DNA from: Bugula neritina
Lineage: Eukaryota; Animalia; Bryozoa
Direction of reading: 5' to 3'
Assembly (NCBI GenBank): GCA_964035545.1
Contig: OZ037766.1
Location: forward strand, 10,344,722-10,408,721
Length of the DNA: 64,000 nucleotides
Shown: piece by piece, positions 14,170 to 48,458 of the stretch
How the letters are laid out: every line of letters starts with the position of its first letter
Position numbering within the stretch: position 1 is the stretch's first letter
Program-made: the position numbers and the translations under genes
Notes under the pieces: model-generated
Databases searched by the model: none
Seen by the model: the letters and a program-made list of their open reading frames with translations, nothing else
What the model was told of the DNA's origin: nothing

Positions 14170-15150
14170 GCACAGTGAGAGTGTGAGCCTTACTATTGGT
14201 ATAATTATTAGTATCAGTATAGCTATCACTATCAGTATGAGTAGCACTATCACTATCAGTAGGCTATGAGTATGAGTATCAGTATGCTGTAACTGTAACA
14301 GTAACTGCCTACAACCCCTTGAACAAAGAAGAGAAACAGACGTATTAATCTCCTTATAAAAATTCTAGCAAATGAAGAGCAACATCTGGCTCTCAGCTCT
14401 GCCTATGATGACCTGCTGAACAAACCAACAGACAGCACTATACAGACTCACTTCCAAGCAAGGGGACAGCCCCGATCAGTGGGTGCTAACAGTACCAAGT
14501 ACCTGAATAGTTTTCTCCCAAGGACTATTCGGAACCTGAAAATTGGTCATAACCAAAGCAATAATTCAGAGATCTCTACATAGGCAGGATTAAGTTCCTG
14601 TTCAGTAAATACAGTCCAAACAGTACTAACTGTATGACTATTGACCAATGACTGTCCAACACATTAACAATATGCGGCACACCCCTTCCTCCCTCTAGGG
14701 CGATTCAGTGTGATGATCACTTCGAGTAAGTTTGAGTAAGCGTATGAGTATTGAGTATCATTATCACTATGAGCACCATTGTATCGGTATTCTACAGTCC
14801 TAAAGCAACTGATAAAGTGCCAAAGTTAGTACCAGTATGAGCATGACTCTCACTGATACAGATAGCACCAGTATCAATATGAATATCATTATGACAGTGT
14901 GAGTATCACTATCACTATGGCTATGAGTATGACACTATGACAGTATCAGTATGAGTATCAGCATGGCTATGAGTATCACTATCAGTATGAGTATCACTAT
15001 GATAGTGACTATGAGTATGACTATCATTCTGATACTCATAATGATAATCATACTGATACTGATCATCACCATCGTCATCATGATAGTGATTATCATTATG
15101 ATAATCATAATGATAATAATTGATATCCTAATCCATAGTAACAACTAACA
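14170..15150. repeat. Degenerate period-3/6 tandem repeat tract (ATGAGT/ATCACT/ATCAGT/ATAATC), interrupted by a LINE fragment
   Basis: Runs such as atgagtatcactatcagtatgagtatcactatgatagtgactatgagtatgact. They produce spurious M/S/I/T ORFs (14951-15148, 14935-15144). Boundaries approximate. Confidence 0.9.
14309..14742 (+). mobile_element. 3' fragment of a non-LTR retrotransposon (CR1/L2-group-like C-terminus plus 3' UTR)
   Basis: With one frameshift it translates to LQPLEQRR/NRRINLLIKIL...TKYLNSFLPRTIRNLK...* (stop 14581-14583), a typical post-RT C-terminus (LxxRR...YxxSFxPRTI). Ends in a short GAGTAAG tandem tail. Confidence 0.75.
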
Positions 15151-15779
15151 TTAACAATTTGAATTACAATAACTTAATTTCAGTAACTTAAAATAACAAT
15201 ATGAATATGAAGAATTGGTAAAATCGCCAATTTGTCATTTGATTTTTTAAAAAATTAACAATTGTATTCGACTATTGATGACCGCAACAATTTTAATTTA
15301 GTTTTACTATTTTAGTTTTCAGTTTTAGTGAATAATTACATTAGTTAGGCAAAGAATGAAGGATGACATTATGATTATGTTTAGGTTAAAAAGTTAGGCC
15401 TTCACCTTTGAAAGAGGTCGTTTGTACGTTATTCAATTTACGGTTGGTAACGTATTTTTTGTTGTGTAGAAACTGTGGCTATTTTGAAGTGAAGTTTCGG
15501 CTAAAATATGGCATTATTATAATAGAGTTATCTTTCCAATAAAATGCAAAGTACTTCATTGGCTATTGACCATAACATAACCTCGTGCATGAACGCATTG
15601 CTACTGCTCCAAGAGCTGATGACAGCTGCAGAATTTCCATAAATTTTATAAAGCTTTCAAATCCTAGTTACTGTAAACGACTCAGTTAAGTTGGCAAGGT
15701 TTGTTAGTAAAAGCTCAAGTTTTTTATTGATCCTTTCACTTTCAGTCTAACTCTTACTCCAAATATTAATATTTAATAT

Positions 15780-16620
15780 TAATATATCAATATGAATATG
15801 AATCAGAAAGTGAAACTGAATATGAATATAGTAATACTAATACTAATAGTTGAGTATCCTGTATCACTATCAGTATGAGCATGAGTATCAATATTAGTGT
15901 AACCATTACTATTAATATTGTTGTTACTATTAGTATTACATTAGTATTAGTATTACAAATAGTAATAGTAATTGACCATGGCATGAGTATGACTCATACT
16001 ATGAGTGACACTGACTATCAATATGATAATTTCCATATGAATATGACTATGAGTATAACACTCAACAGATTTATGACTATGAGTATAAGTTAAGTATGAG
16101 TATCAGTCTGAAATATTACTGCGATTATCAATATTACTATGATAATGATTAAATATGATTATCATTATGGCCATGGACATGACTATCACAATCACAAGTT
16201 GAAGTGATCATCTGAATTACAATGACAAGGCCATGGCACGTCAACATGCCCATGGGATGAATGAGAATGAATAATTACCATGACTTAAAGAATTACTACC
16301 ATTATGACTACTACTATTAAGATAGATAAAGCTGTATCAGTCGAGCACTATCTTAGTGAATATCCATATGTCATCATACTCATGCTCATACTAAATCGCT
16401 CATTACGTTTACGGTTTATGCCTATCTCTATGAATATCAGTCACTATAAACTTGATGTTACTAAAAAAGAAAATAATTAACATTAATTTCAATGATTCCC
16501 ATCAGCATGATATTGAAATTGACTATCATTATGATCATTATAGTCAGACTAGGCATTTAGATATCATTTGAGTTTATTATAAGTGCTAATTAGTATCATT
16601 TTTATTTTGATTTTGATGAT
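15780..16620. repeat. Degenerate period-3/6 tandem repeat tract, second block
   Basis: atcactatcagtatgagcatgagtatc..., attactattagtattac..., atgagtatgact.... Same family as 14170-15150; fades out gradually. Confidence 0.8.
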
Positions 16621-18253
16621 TTTATTATTAATAAATTTTATTGGCATTCAGTTATCACTATAATATTGATTATGTTTGTTGATGCTAACTTTGAGCTTAC
16701 CTTACTGTCTTTGTGATTTTGGCTTGTAACTGTTGATATAATTTTAGTAATATAGTTAAAACTACCTGTAATAAATATTTAAATCATGACAATTATCTTG
16801 ATATGATTGTTTATTGGTATTATTATTATAATTACGTTTGACTTACAAAAAGTTAATGTAATAATAATAAATTTGTAGTTATAAGTCATTATAAGTATAG
16901 TCACTGATACTAATGGGTGCAACAAATGTCAATATGATAGTGATATTTTGTCAGTTTCATTGATTTTAGATAACGTAATTTACTGAATCTTATTTTTTCT
17001 TATGCTATAAATCTTTTATCAACTCTGGTTCCTATTATATTATATTTCATTATTTTAATTGTCTCATTCCTTGAAAATCAACCCATGATCTGAAGTAATT
17101 TGATGACTGCCATTGCTGTAAGTAATATGGCTGTTAGAAACCTCTGACTTAAAATTAAGGAAACTCGATTCAAATGAATGTGGCGCTGCTCTGTTTGAGT
17201 GAATTAGGTTGAAATTCAATTACGGAATACATACATGTTATTGATTCAGTTGAGGAAGTTTTAAAAGGCAAAGTTTTCAATTTCGAATGTTGTTGTCTCT
17301 CGGTTTTTAAATTATGACTTGTCCATTAAAACCAGTGCTACTTGTTTTGAAGCAAGTTTGTAAACATATATATAATATATTACAATAACAGTCTGTATAA
17401 AGCTATTACTATTGAAAATTGTATGTCAAAGTGTTTGATTGCGTCATCATATTAGATTGGGTTATTTATTATTGTATATTTTTTGTGTAATTTAGTTTCA
17501 ATAGAAGAAAATTTGGCTCTCAAGTATTATCTGGTTATTCTATCTAAAAATTACTCGAAAAGCAATCAAAGTCAAATTTAAAAAGAATTGTTAACGTTTA
17601 TTTCAAAACTTATTCACTCATTTGTTATTACACTAAGCTTTTCATACTACTAAAATGTTTGTGATATGAAAAGTCCAGCAGGCAGACTAACTTAACAACA
17701 GCTGTTGAGCTCAGTTTTAACTAATTATTGATTTTCTTTAGTTTGATAGACTTTATGATCAACCTTGCTCATTATAGATATAACTGATTACTCGTTTAGA
17801 TGTAACCCCAGCTAAGCTCTACTTTTCTAAAATTCTTATCTATTCTTATTGCTTCATTTATTTGTTCACCAAATCGTGTATGTAGGAAAGAAATTTATGC
17901 TTGGAAACCATGAAATTGCTATGTGATACTTTGCCTTGCTAATTACTACCAATCAGTCTGATGTTTAACAAAAGTCAAACTGCTTTTAAGCCATTACCAT
18001 TAAAAGTTGCAAAAATCATTTTCTTCATGGGGGTATTTCTGTATTGATTAATCGTTGCCTCAATAGATGTGAGTATGGTGCACGAAGTGATAACAATAGC
18101 TTATTGTATTCTATATATATACCCATAGCAATGCTCTCCTGGTTACCAGATACTGGACAAACATTGTTGACATTTGTTACAAATCGGCTTCTCCTTGTAG
18201 TTCTAATAGTTTTTATCTCCTACACTTACTGATCACGAACTACAAGAAAAATA

Positions 18254-21200
18254 ATGGAGTCGGCAGCTCCTTATGATACAACCTTCACCCCGGAGTATCG
18301 GCTCAAAATTATTGGTGGGAAACCCACTTACGTACCGGACTATTCTAATAGGTCAGTTGATGTTTCATACTGTACAATGCTTAGTTTTAGTCATGTTTTA
18401 GCTGATCCAAATACTTTTTACATTAATTGTTTTCACTGTATCAAGAATTTTACTTTAATACAAGTCAATAGGTTTTTGACATAGTTTTGGCGTAGTTATA
18501 ATATGTTGCCTATGAAGATGATTGTGTTCTGTTCATGTTATGTTGTTTATTTCCTTATAATCAGAGTTCTTAGAAAATATCTTCTTCAGAGTGCTGATAG
18601 AATTATCTAAAATTACGCTTTAGGCACCCACAGGTGCTTTCATACCACGTCTTTTCACTTGAATATAATTGCAAAACTAGATTTTTATGTAAAGCAAGTT
18701 AATAGCATCAGCATTAATGAATATTGTGAAAATACCATTTATAAGTTTCTATGTTAACATAGCAATTTTTTAAATACTGCTAAATTTTAAAATCTAAAGT
18801 CACAAGTGCTATTAAAATGATGCTATAGCACTATATAAATCAGTTGTGAAAAGTTGTGAAGTGAAAACTTGAAAGTATCTGTGTTTTGTCAGCCCATGTT
18901 TTTGTATGTTTTATTATACATGTCAAATTACAACTACCATCATTGGACATTACATTATATATTGGTAGTTTAATGATCTGTTGATGACTTTGTTACCATA
19001 CTGGTCACCATTTTAATTTTTATTAGGAGGCCCGATGCACCGCCCCCACAATCTCTTCCATCTACTGGATCAAGTTCTGGTGGGGTACGTATCACATGTC
19101 TTGTGAATAAGTTTTAGTCTTGTGTGTATCAGTGCAATGAGTCTACTACTCCATGTATCTTCAATCTGCCAACTCATTTATCTTAGGTTGCATTGGGTGT
19201 AGTCTCAGTAAACTGGTATAAGTTATATAAATCATAGGTTATCTAAAGCTATATTTGAATTGTAATAATTGTATCTGGTGTCTTCGTGCAAAACTGAATA
19301 GGCTAAGCTAGTCTTCCATGCTGAGTATTGAATAACGTTTATTATTTGCTCATAATGATGTGGAAAAAGTAGAGTAGCTTCCAGGAAACCATCTCATAAT
19401 GAATGTAATGGTTGTGTAGCGGTCAAGTGCAGAGAAGCGTAACACGTGGACCAGCCATTCAGTGCTGCCTCCCATCATGTCACCACGGAGTCAGCTGAGC
19501 CGATCAAACTCCGGTAGTCACGGTTACTCACCACCAATTCCTTCTCAGCCAATCAGCCTTTCGAAAGTTGAGGAAATGGAACTCCTAAGAAGTCTAGGAG
19601 CTTCACTGGAGTATAATAATATGGATGTACTTAAACAGATATACAATGAGATCACGTCATCGTACGATCATGCTCTTAGTGGATGGGCATATTTCTCAGA
19701 TGTGTCACTTACCCTTGCCAAATGCCAGGTATGAGCAGGTTCTTGTTCTTGCTAGTCTTTCTAGAACTCTCTATAATTGAAACTGTGAGATGCTAGATCT
19801 TTGTGGTTAGTTTTCCTACTCCCACCATCACTGCCTCCACTACTGCCAATTCTGAAACAAATCACAAGTTTTTTATTTACCAAAGCCAACTCTATTGGTC
19901 TGTGTTGTGTATAAAGCAGAATTTCATCTAAAACTAAACATTTGTGTTCTAGCATAGTTTTGATATGTACTAAACTTATGATTATTATATTTGTATTCTC
20001 TATTAGTTTGTCATTAAGTAGTTTGGCAGTCAGTTTTTAGATGTAGACACATTAAGTGTTCTCCACTCCGTTCCCACATTACCTATTGTCTGCTTACCTA
20101 TTTTCACCTGTGCTACATACGATTTATGCCATTTCTATGCTATTTCTTTATCTACTTTACTTGTACTCTACTTATCCAATAGCAGGCCTAATAATAGTGT
20201 CACCACGCTATGAAATAATGTTGGCAGTAAGTTGCAGAATAATACTTTTCAACACGCAGGTAAATTTGTCTCCAGAAAATTTGAAAACTGCAGCGTCACT
20301 GTTTGTCTCCCCTGAAAAACCTGGCAGTGTAAACTATGAGCGCCTTCTTTCCTTCTTGGCTTCGGCTATAAAACTTCAGTAAGTCATTCAGTACTATGCA
20401 GTGAAATAATGTTCATGATTGAGTACTATGCTTACAATATTTTGTTATAGCATGCTACACAAATCATGTTATTCTGTCAAAGGTTATTGTCTTTCTTAGT
20501 TTATTTTTAATTAATACATATAAAATTACATGTACTGTATAATATATTATGTAAGTTTTTATAAGGTTTTTATTTATTGAGATTGTTATGTATATGATTT
20601 TAGCAATACCAAAAAAGATCCGCGATATTTCTCTCATGCTGGTGAAAAACAAAAATCTAACCTCGATTTCCTCTCTATTAATACAAGGTTAGTCATTTAG
20701 AAGGGCTGACATTTTTAATGTGTAATAGGTGAATATTACAGATACGTACTAGTAGCTACAACTTCAATGATTATATTCCCAATGAATTCTGTTTTATACA
20801 AATGGTTCAATGGATTAATCAAGATGTGCATTGCTAGTAATTTTACTATTGATAATATTTGCTTTGTCTTCCCTCATGTTTATTCTGTTGTAAATGGTGT
20901 TGCTAAGGTATTATTGATTCCATTGACTTGTCAGAGTTAGATTGCTGTCAATGTATTCAGTGTGTAATTTGATATATAGATTGTATAGAATTACATACTT
21001 AGATTATTTATACTTAGTGCATAAGTTGTTTAATTTATAATATCAGTTGTAAGTTAAGTTGCAGCTTTTATATAGCTGTTCAATATTGACAAGTACACAT
21101 TATTATACATAAACTGCAAAGAGTTGGGCTTTTTATATATCCTGGCTAAAACATGCATATAATGTATAAAATGGTTTATCAAGAAACATAATATGTATGT

Positions 21201-24200
21201 ATGTTGTGACCACAAGTTTCCCAAGGTTAAAAGAAATTTCTACAAAATGATTAATCTTACTGCCTGGCTACATATAGCATGTTTGGCCAACCTTGTTACC
21301 TGCTACGTGTTGTTTACTGTGTATTCTATGATCTTGACTCTAGAGCTCCTCGGCCGACCAATGAGATCTCCGGAGCTCAAGGGAAATTGATACGCATGGT
21401 TGAAGATCAGCTGGCCCTGGGTGACTTTGCTTTGGATGTTGAACAGCTGAGGAATCAGTTCACTTTAGCAGACAGGCTGCACAGAGACTCGTTGTCACAT
21501 GGCGAGGTATTTTTATGCTCAGCCTATACTTTGTCCTGTACTTCTTTCAGATACTAAGGCTTTGATGACCTAAAATCTAAATTCATTAGAATATCTTGTT
21601 AAAACAAAGTTTAAATAAATATATTATGCTAATGTCAAAATATATAGCAAATACTATTAGTACTCTTATGATGAGTATATGTATTTTTGTGAGAGAGAAA
21701 TTATACAGGTTTTTTTTCTGATTTTTTAAGCTAGTTCATAAACCATCTCATGATTTAAGCTTTAGGAGTTTAAGTTGTTTTATAATTTAGTATTTCTACA
21801 CCTTGCTAAATATAAATACAAATTGTATGTTCTTTACAACATTGTGTAGTAACTTGGCTCTGTTTAATACTGTACTATGTTATATTATAGATTAAAGAAA
21901 TATGCTATAGGAATCGTGTTCCCTTACAAGAGTCTGTAATCAACCATGTACTAGATAGATGCCGTACAACTGGTGATGGGCAGTATAGGTGAGTGCATGG
22001 TATAGAAAAACTCCAACTACTTGTGTATTAGGGATGTAGTTGTGTTGCCTATTGCATTATAACATGACATCGCAAGCTGCCTGCTGTATGGCGATGTAAT
22101 AGTGAACTATTATTGACACTAAATAAGACAATTATTAGAAACATGGCTGCTGGGTGGTGCTTGTAGATGGACAGACTTTATTGATTTTCTGGAAAAGGTT
22201 CAAGGCACTGGCACAGGTTTAACAATAACTAGCAAACAGCCTTCCGAGTATGTAAAGAAGTTGCCTTCTCCCATGGAGAGTTGGCCGAGACCAGATGTGG
22301 GCAGAGCTGAGCCACCCTCTACATATAAGTTAGTTGTTTTTCTTTTGGAGTTTTAGTATAATAGTGGTGGTTGAGTTGATTTTAAGATTCATGCTGGATG
22401 AATAGTTTCAAACCTAATTAGCGTTACTAAATTTGTTTACTAGCCTTATTTTTAAGTTCAACAATAACCGATGACACCTATAAATATGTACAAGAAAAAG
22501 ATCATATTTGTTTTAGTTTAGCTTTCTTACTATCTTATTTTAAATCATAATTTAGGTTTCTTTTAAAAAAATATTTTATGCAGCAAAATCTTGTTTTTAA
22601 ACTGAAAGAAGTTTCTAAACTATTAAAATATATTACAGTAATGTCTACTAAATATAGCAATGATTGACTCGTGTTAATAGTATGTTGTGTATCTGTTGAC
22701 AGACACTCTCCTAGAGTACCATACCAGGAACAAGTAGCCCAGGAACCTCCCAGTCACAAGAGAGATTCTGAAACGCCCCAACTTGCTTACGGCAGTCAAG
22801 TTCCTTCGGCCACAGACTACCTGAAAGCAGAAGGCAAGCATGTTCAGTCTGATGCTGTACAGACAGAGGATATTGAGTCTCGTTCAAGTACCGCTCAGCT
22901 GAAATCTCTGCTCCCCCAGCGTCTGGCGCAGGTTTGCCCAACTTCTATAGATAATAATTTGTTGACTTGTTCACTACTTGAGTAGAAATAGAAATTTAAA
23001 AGCTGTCTTGCTTACTCCAATATCGATAATATATAATTTCTTACCTTTCTCTGCCATGTCCTGATCGGGTGGTAGCATCCATCGCATATAATAACATTAT
23101 AAATATGAAATATCGGTCACAAATACTGCAGCCATTATATAATTTGATATTTTGTTCCAAAGTTGTCTTCCCTAATATCATGTTCAACATAATATAAGCT
23201 GGAGATGATAAGTTAATATGAGTTTTGAAATGTACACCTGTTTAGTTTTGTGTTAGAAATCATGGTGTAATAGTTATTGAAACTGTTCAAGGAGTAAGTT
23301 AAGTGATATCAAGTAGAATATATTATATGTTAAAGTAAATATTGCCATGTAATATAATATATAAGTAGTTGTTTTGCTTTCATGTACTCAGAAGAATATA
23401 ATTGGCTGGTGAAGGTAAAGCATTAGTCGTAGTATAATGAAAAATATTAAAAATGCCTTCAAATTCAGAGTTTCAGAAGTGCTAAAATAAATTTTATAGG
23501 CCATTCGCCCCTACAAGTTTATTCATCTTGTCAATTATAGTTTAGAATTCAATTTGGTTTTCATCCAAAGGCTAACAACCTACAAGGAAAATTAAACCTG
23601 TTAAGGGAAAATTTCTTTAAACTTAGTTAAGGCCAAGGAAAATTCTCTTTTTATTTGCCAAATCTTTGTGTAGTATATTGGCTATTGAATATTTTAGTAA
23701 AAAGCTTATTTCTAATGTTTTTCAAACATAAAACGTTATCGTTATTGTATTAAGTAATAAAAAATTTAGTGCCCCAGAAGAATTTAGCTACATGTTTTTG
23801 TAGCATAACCTAGTTTTACTAGAGCTGTGTATATGTATAGATATTTGAGTTAGTATTGTAACCTAATCATTTTACAAGAGGATTAGAATTCTTTTGAAAA
23901 TCATTAAAGTTCATGTTGACTGTAACTGCTTTTATTATCTTGGACTAGTTCATTGCACTAAGCTTCTGCTGTTCTATACGCTGTCTAAATTTTGGAGTTG
24001 AGAAATTTGTATGGTGGAGTAGCTGCCATATGTTAAGGACTAAAGAGTCATCTTCTCTATTATTTTCATGGCGAGTACAAATGAATGAGTTTCATAGTCA
24101 CCCAAATTCTTTTATTTTCCTGTAAGTCAACTTCAAATCTCACCCCATCAACTCATTCAACTGTAAATTTATTGAAAGCAAAACCATAAATGATTTTGTT

Positions 24201-25564
24201 TTGAAATGTATAAAATTTTTAATTTGAAAATTTACTTCGTTGAACTCCCACCCCCTTCTGGGGACATCACAAATTTGAAAGCTCAAGAATTAGTTGCTCA
24301 GAGGTTATAGAAAATTAGTGCTCTTTTATTTGAAAATTATTCTGTAGATTCTACAATGGACAGTCACCAAAACTCATGTTTGATTTTATATGGTGTGCAT
24401 CATATAAGTTTTTGTAAGCGGTATATAACTTTTGTTATGGTCTTGGCAGCTAATGCATATAATTGCAAGAAATGTTATGGGCAAAGCTGTTTAAGTAAGT
24501 TTCTATTTAGTCATTTAAACACATTTAGGTCTGAAAGTCAAAGTTAGGTTAATTAAAAGAAAGAATTAAGATAATGTTTATGCTGCAAATTCTGTTTGAA
24601 CCCAGGTGCCTCAACATTTCTTGAATTCAACTATTTTTTTGTGTGTAACATGGTATGTCATTTGATTCAGTATTAACCAGCATTAACATTTATAGATTAT
24701 GAATTTATCTCTATTACAGATGAAGGTAGCAACTTACAAGGCATTTAATATATTATATGATGTGTGTACAGTTATAATGTGATGAGACCAACTTATAATC
24801 ATACTTATTTGATATTAACCTCCACTCTGTTTACTTTCTCTCCTTTAGGAACTCATATTCTATTTTTATTTCATATGTTTTGTGATCTCAACTTGATTTC
24901 TATGTTCAGGGAAATGGAGAGGAATCATGGTTGGACAAGTTTGGTATGCTGGCCCAGGCCCTGTACAGGAATGACTTAGATAAAAATGGTAAGTTTATTC
25001 AATCACTGAATTTTGAAGGCACATACTTTGAGTGATTTATGCATCAGTTGACCAGCGTAATATTTTTTAAGTTTGCTTAAAGCTAATATTATCTGTTCCA
25101 AGCCTTTTCTTGACATAAACTAGTAGGCATTCAATTTGTTTCATTTGTAGGCAAAATATATTTATTTAATTGAAAGTTATGATTAAATTGTAGTGTAATC
25201 AATGATCATTATTTTACTTTATACTTCAAATACAGTAATTTATGCACTTACATTAAAATTTGATAATAAAATTAACTTTGATCCTAATTGCTTTGTGTTG
25301 TTAGAGAATATAAATGACTATGTCTGTTTGTTTTAAAGAAGTAAAGCTCAACTTTACACTCTAATAATATATGTTTATGCATTGTATATTGCAGGTATAA
25401 TAAAGCCAGACGAGTGTAGATGGCTTCTCACTGAGTATAATGAAATATACGGTCTTAATTTAAACAAACTAGCAATAGATCAGGGTATACAACAATCAAC
25501 CTCTGCTGCTGGCACTAGCATTGATTCAGTGCTGAAGATCTTACTTACGTCTGCACAAGAATGA
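18254..25564 (+). CDS. C1orf87: C1orf87-like protein with degenerate EF-hand-like segments, 10 coding exons, ~494 aa
   Basis: N-terminal PEYRLKIIGGK and C-terminal SWLDKFGMLAQALYRNDLDKNG...LLTEYNEIYGLNL...IDQG resemble remembered C1orf87 motifs. Exons: 18254-18351, 19027-19084, 19420-19728, 20260-20378, 21344-21506, 21891-21988, 22167-22328, 22703-22931, 24910-24988, 25395-25564. All GT-AG and in phase (1485 nt). Confidence 0.8.
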
Positions 25565-26702
25565 GCTCTAAATTATTATATATTATGTTGTCTGAGACAT
25601 TTCTCATTCTATGGCACGTTGCCAATAATACAAATGGAGTACACATTCAATATTGTATTAAAAACATTTTTCAAGTTTCTTCGTAGAAAGCTCCTGTATT
25701 CTCTTTCTTAGTTGTTTCTCATTTTATTTACATTTTTTTGCATACAATTGGTCTCATACGGTAATTTATGAAATTTGAAATATGATTTTACTTTTTAGTT
25801 TTTACATTATCAGTTTACAGCATCCGTCCTTATAATGCTCAAATTTGTTGTACCACATGTATTGTGTAGTTTTTATATATTAATAGACCATACTTGGTTT
25901 TACTTTGTCTTATATAATATATGTATGCTATATAATATAATTTATTCTAAGAGTGTCAATGGATTATAAGTATTGTGTCAGATACGAATTACTTTATTGT
26001 GTGTTGTATCAATATGATGTACAGATTAAGTTCCTTTGTATTATAGTGTATTATTTCATTTTCTTATGATTACACTTGAACTTTAACCTTTAATAGCCTG
26101 CTTTTCTGAATACTCCATGTAACAAATACATTAATGAGTTTTAATGAACATAGTCAGGTAATAATTTCATTTATTCTTAATGAAAAGTTTGATCCACACA
26201 AGGTTTTCAGTGTAGCAGCTGCAGGACAGCAACTTGAATTTAGTCCAGTGGGATTTACTCTATCTGAGATTTTAGCTCTTCAATTTAAGTCGTGTTGAAC
26301 AAAACACTTTACATTGCCAGCTTTCCAGAAGTATGAGTGTAATGGTACATGCAGTTTAAACATCTTGCTGTACAGTTGTCGATGCTGCTGTGCTATATGT
26401 GAGTTATCTTGCAATATCAAATGTATTTTGATATTGCTTACTTTTATATTTTGATCAATTCGTTAACGCGTGTAGCTTTGTGCCATGCTCTAATACCTTA
26501 TCTTTTTCAAGTTTATAGCTGATAAGCAGCAAGAAAGTTAGGAATAGAGCAGAAAATACGGTATTGGCAAACACTTGGTTAGCTTGTAACTACTACAATA
26601 AGCAAAATATGAAGATCAAAATGTTGAAATATTAAAAAAAAACCATGGTATAAAGTTATACATTTAGCAGTTGGATCTACTGAGTATCATATTGTAAATG
26701 AA

Positions 26703-48458
<21,756 letters not shown>

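Noticed and set aside
15558-15568. ATTGGCTATTG shared by both promoter islands (also 56392-56402)
   Set aside because: The same 11-mer occurs mid-intron at ~23677. It is a generic CCAAT-like word in AT-rich DNA.
14003-16093. Ile/Met/Ser/Thr-rich ORFs (14003-14269, 14935-15148, 15787-16093; also 55511-55717, 63556-63750)
   Set aside because: Artefacts of the period-3 repeat. They are open on both strands and lack splice or homology support.
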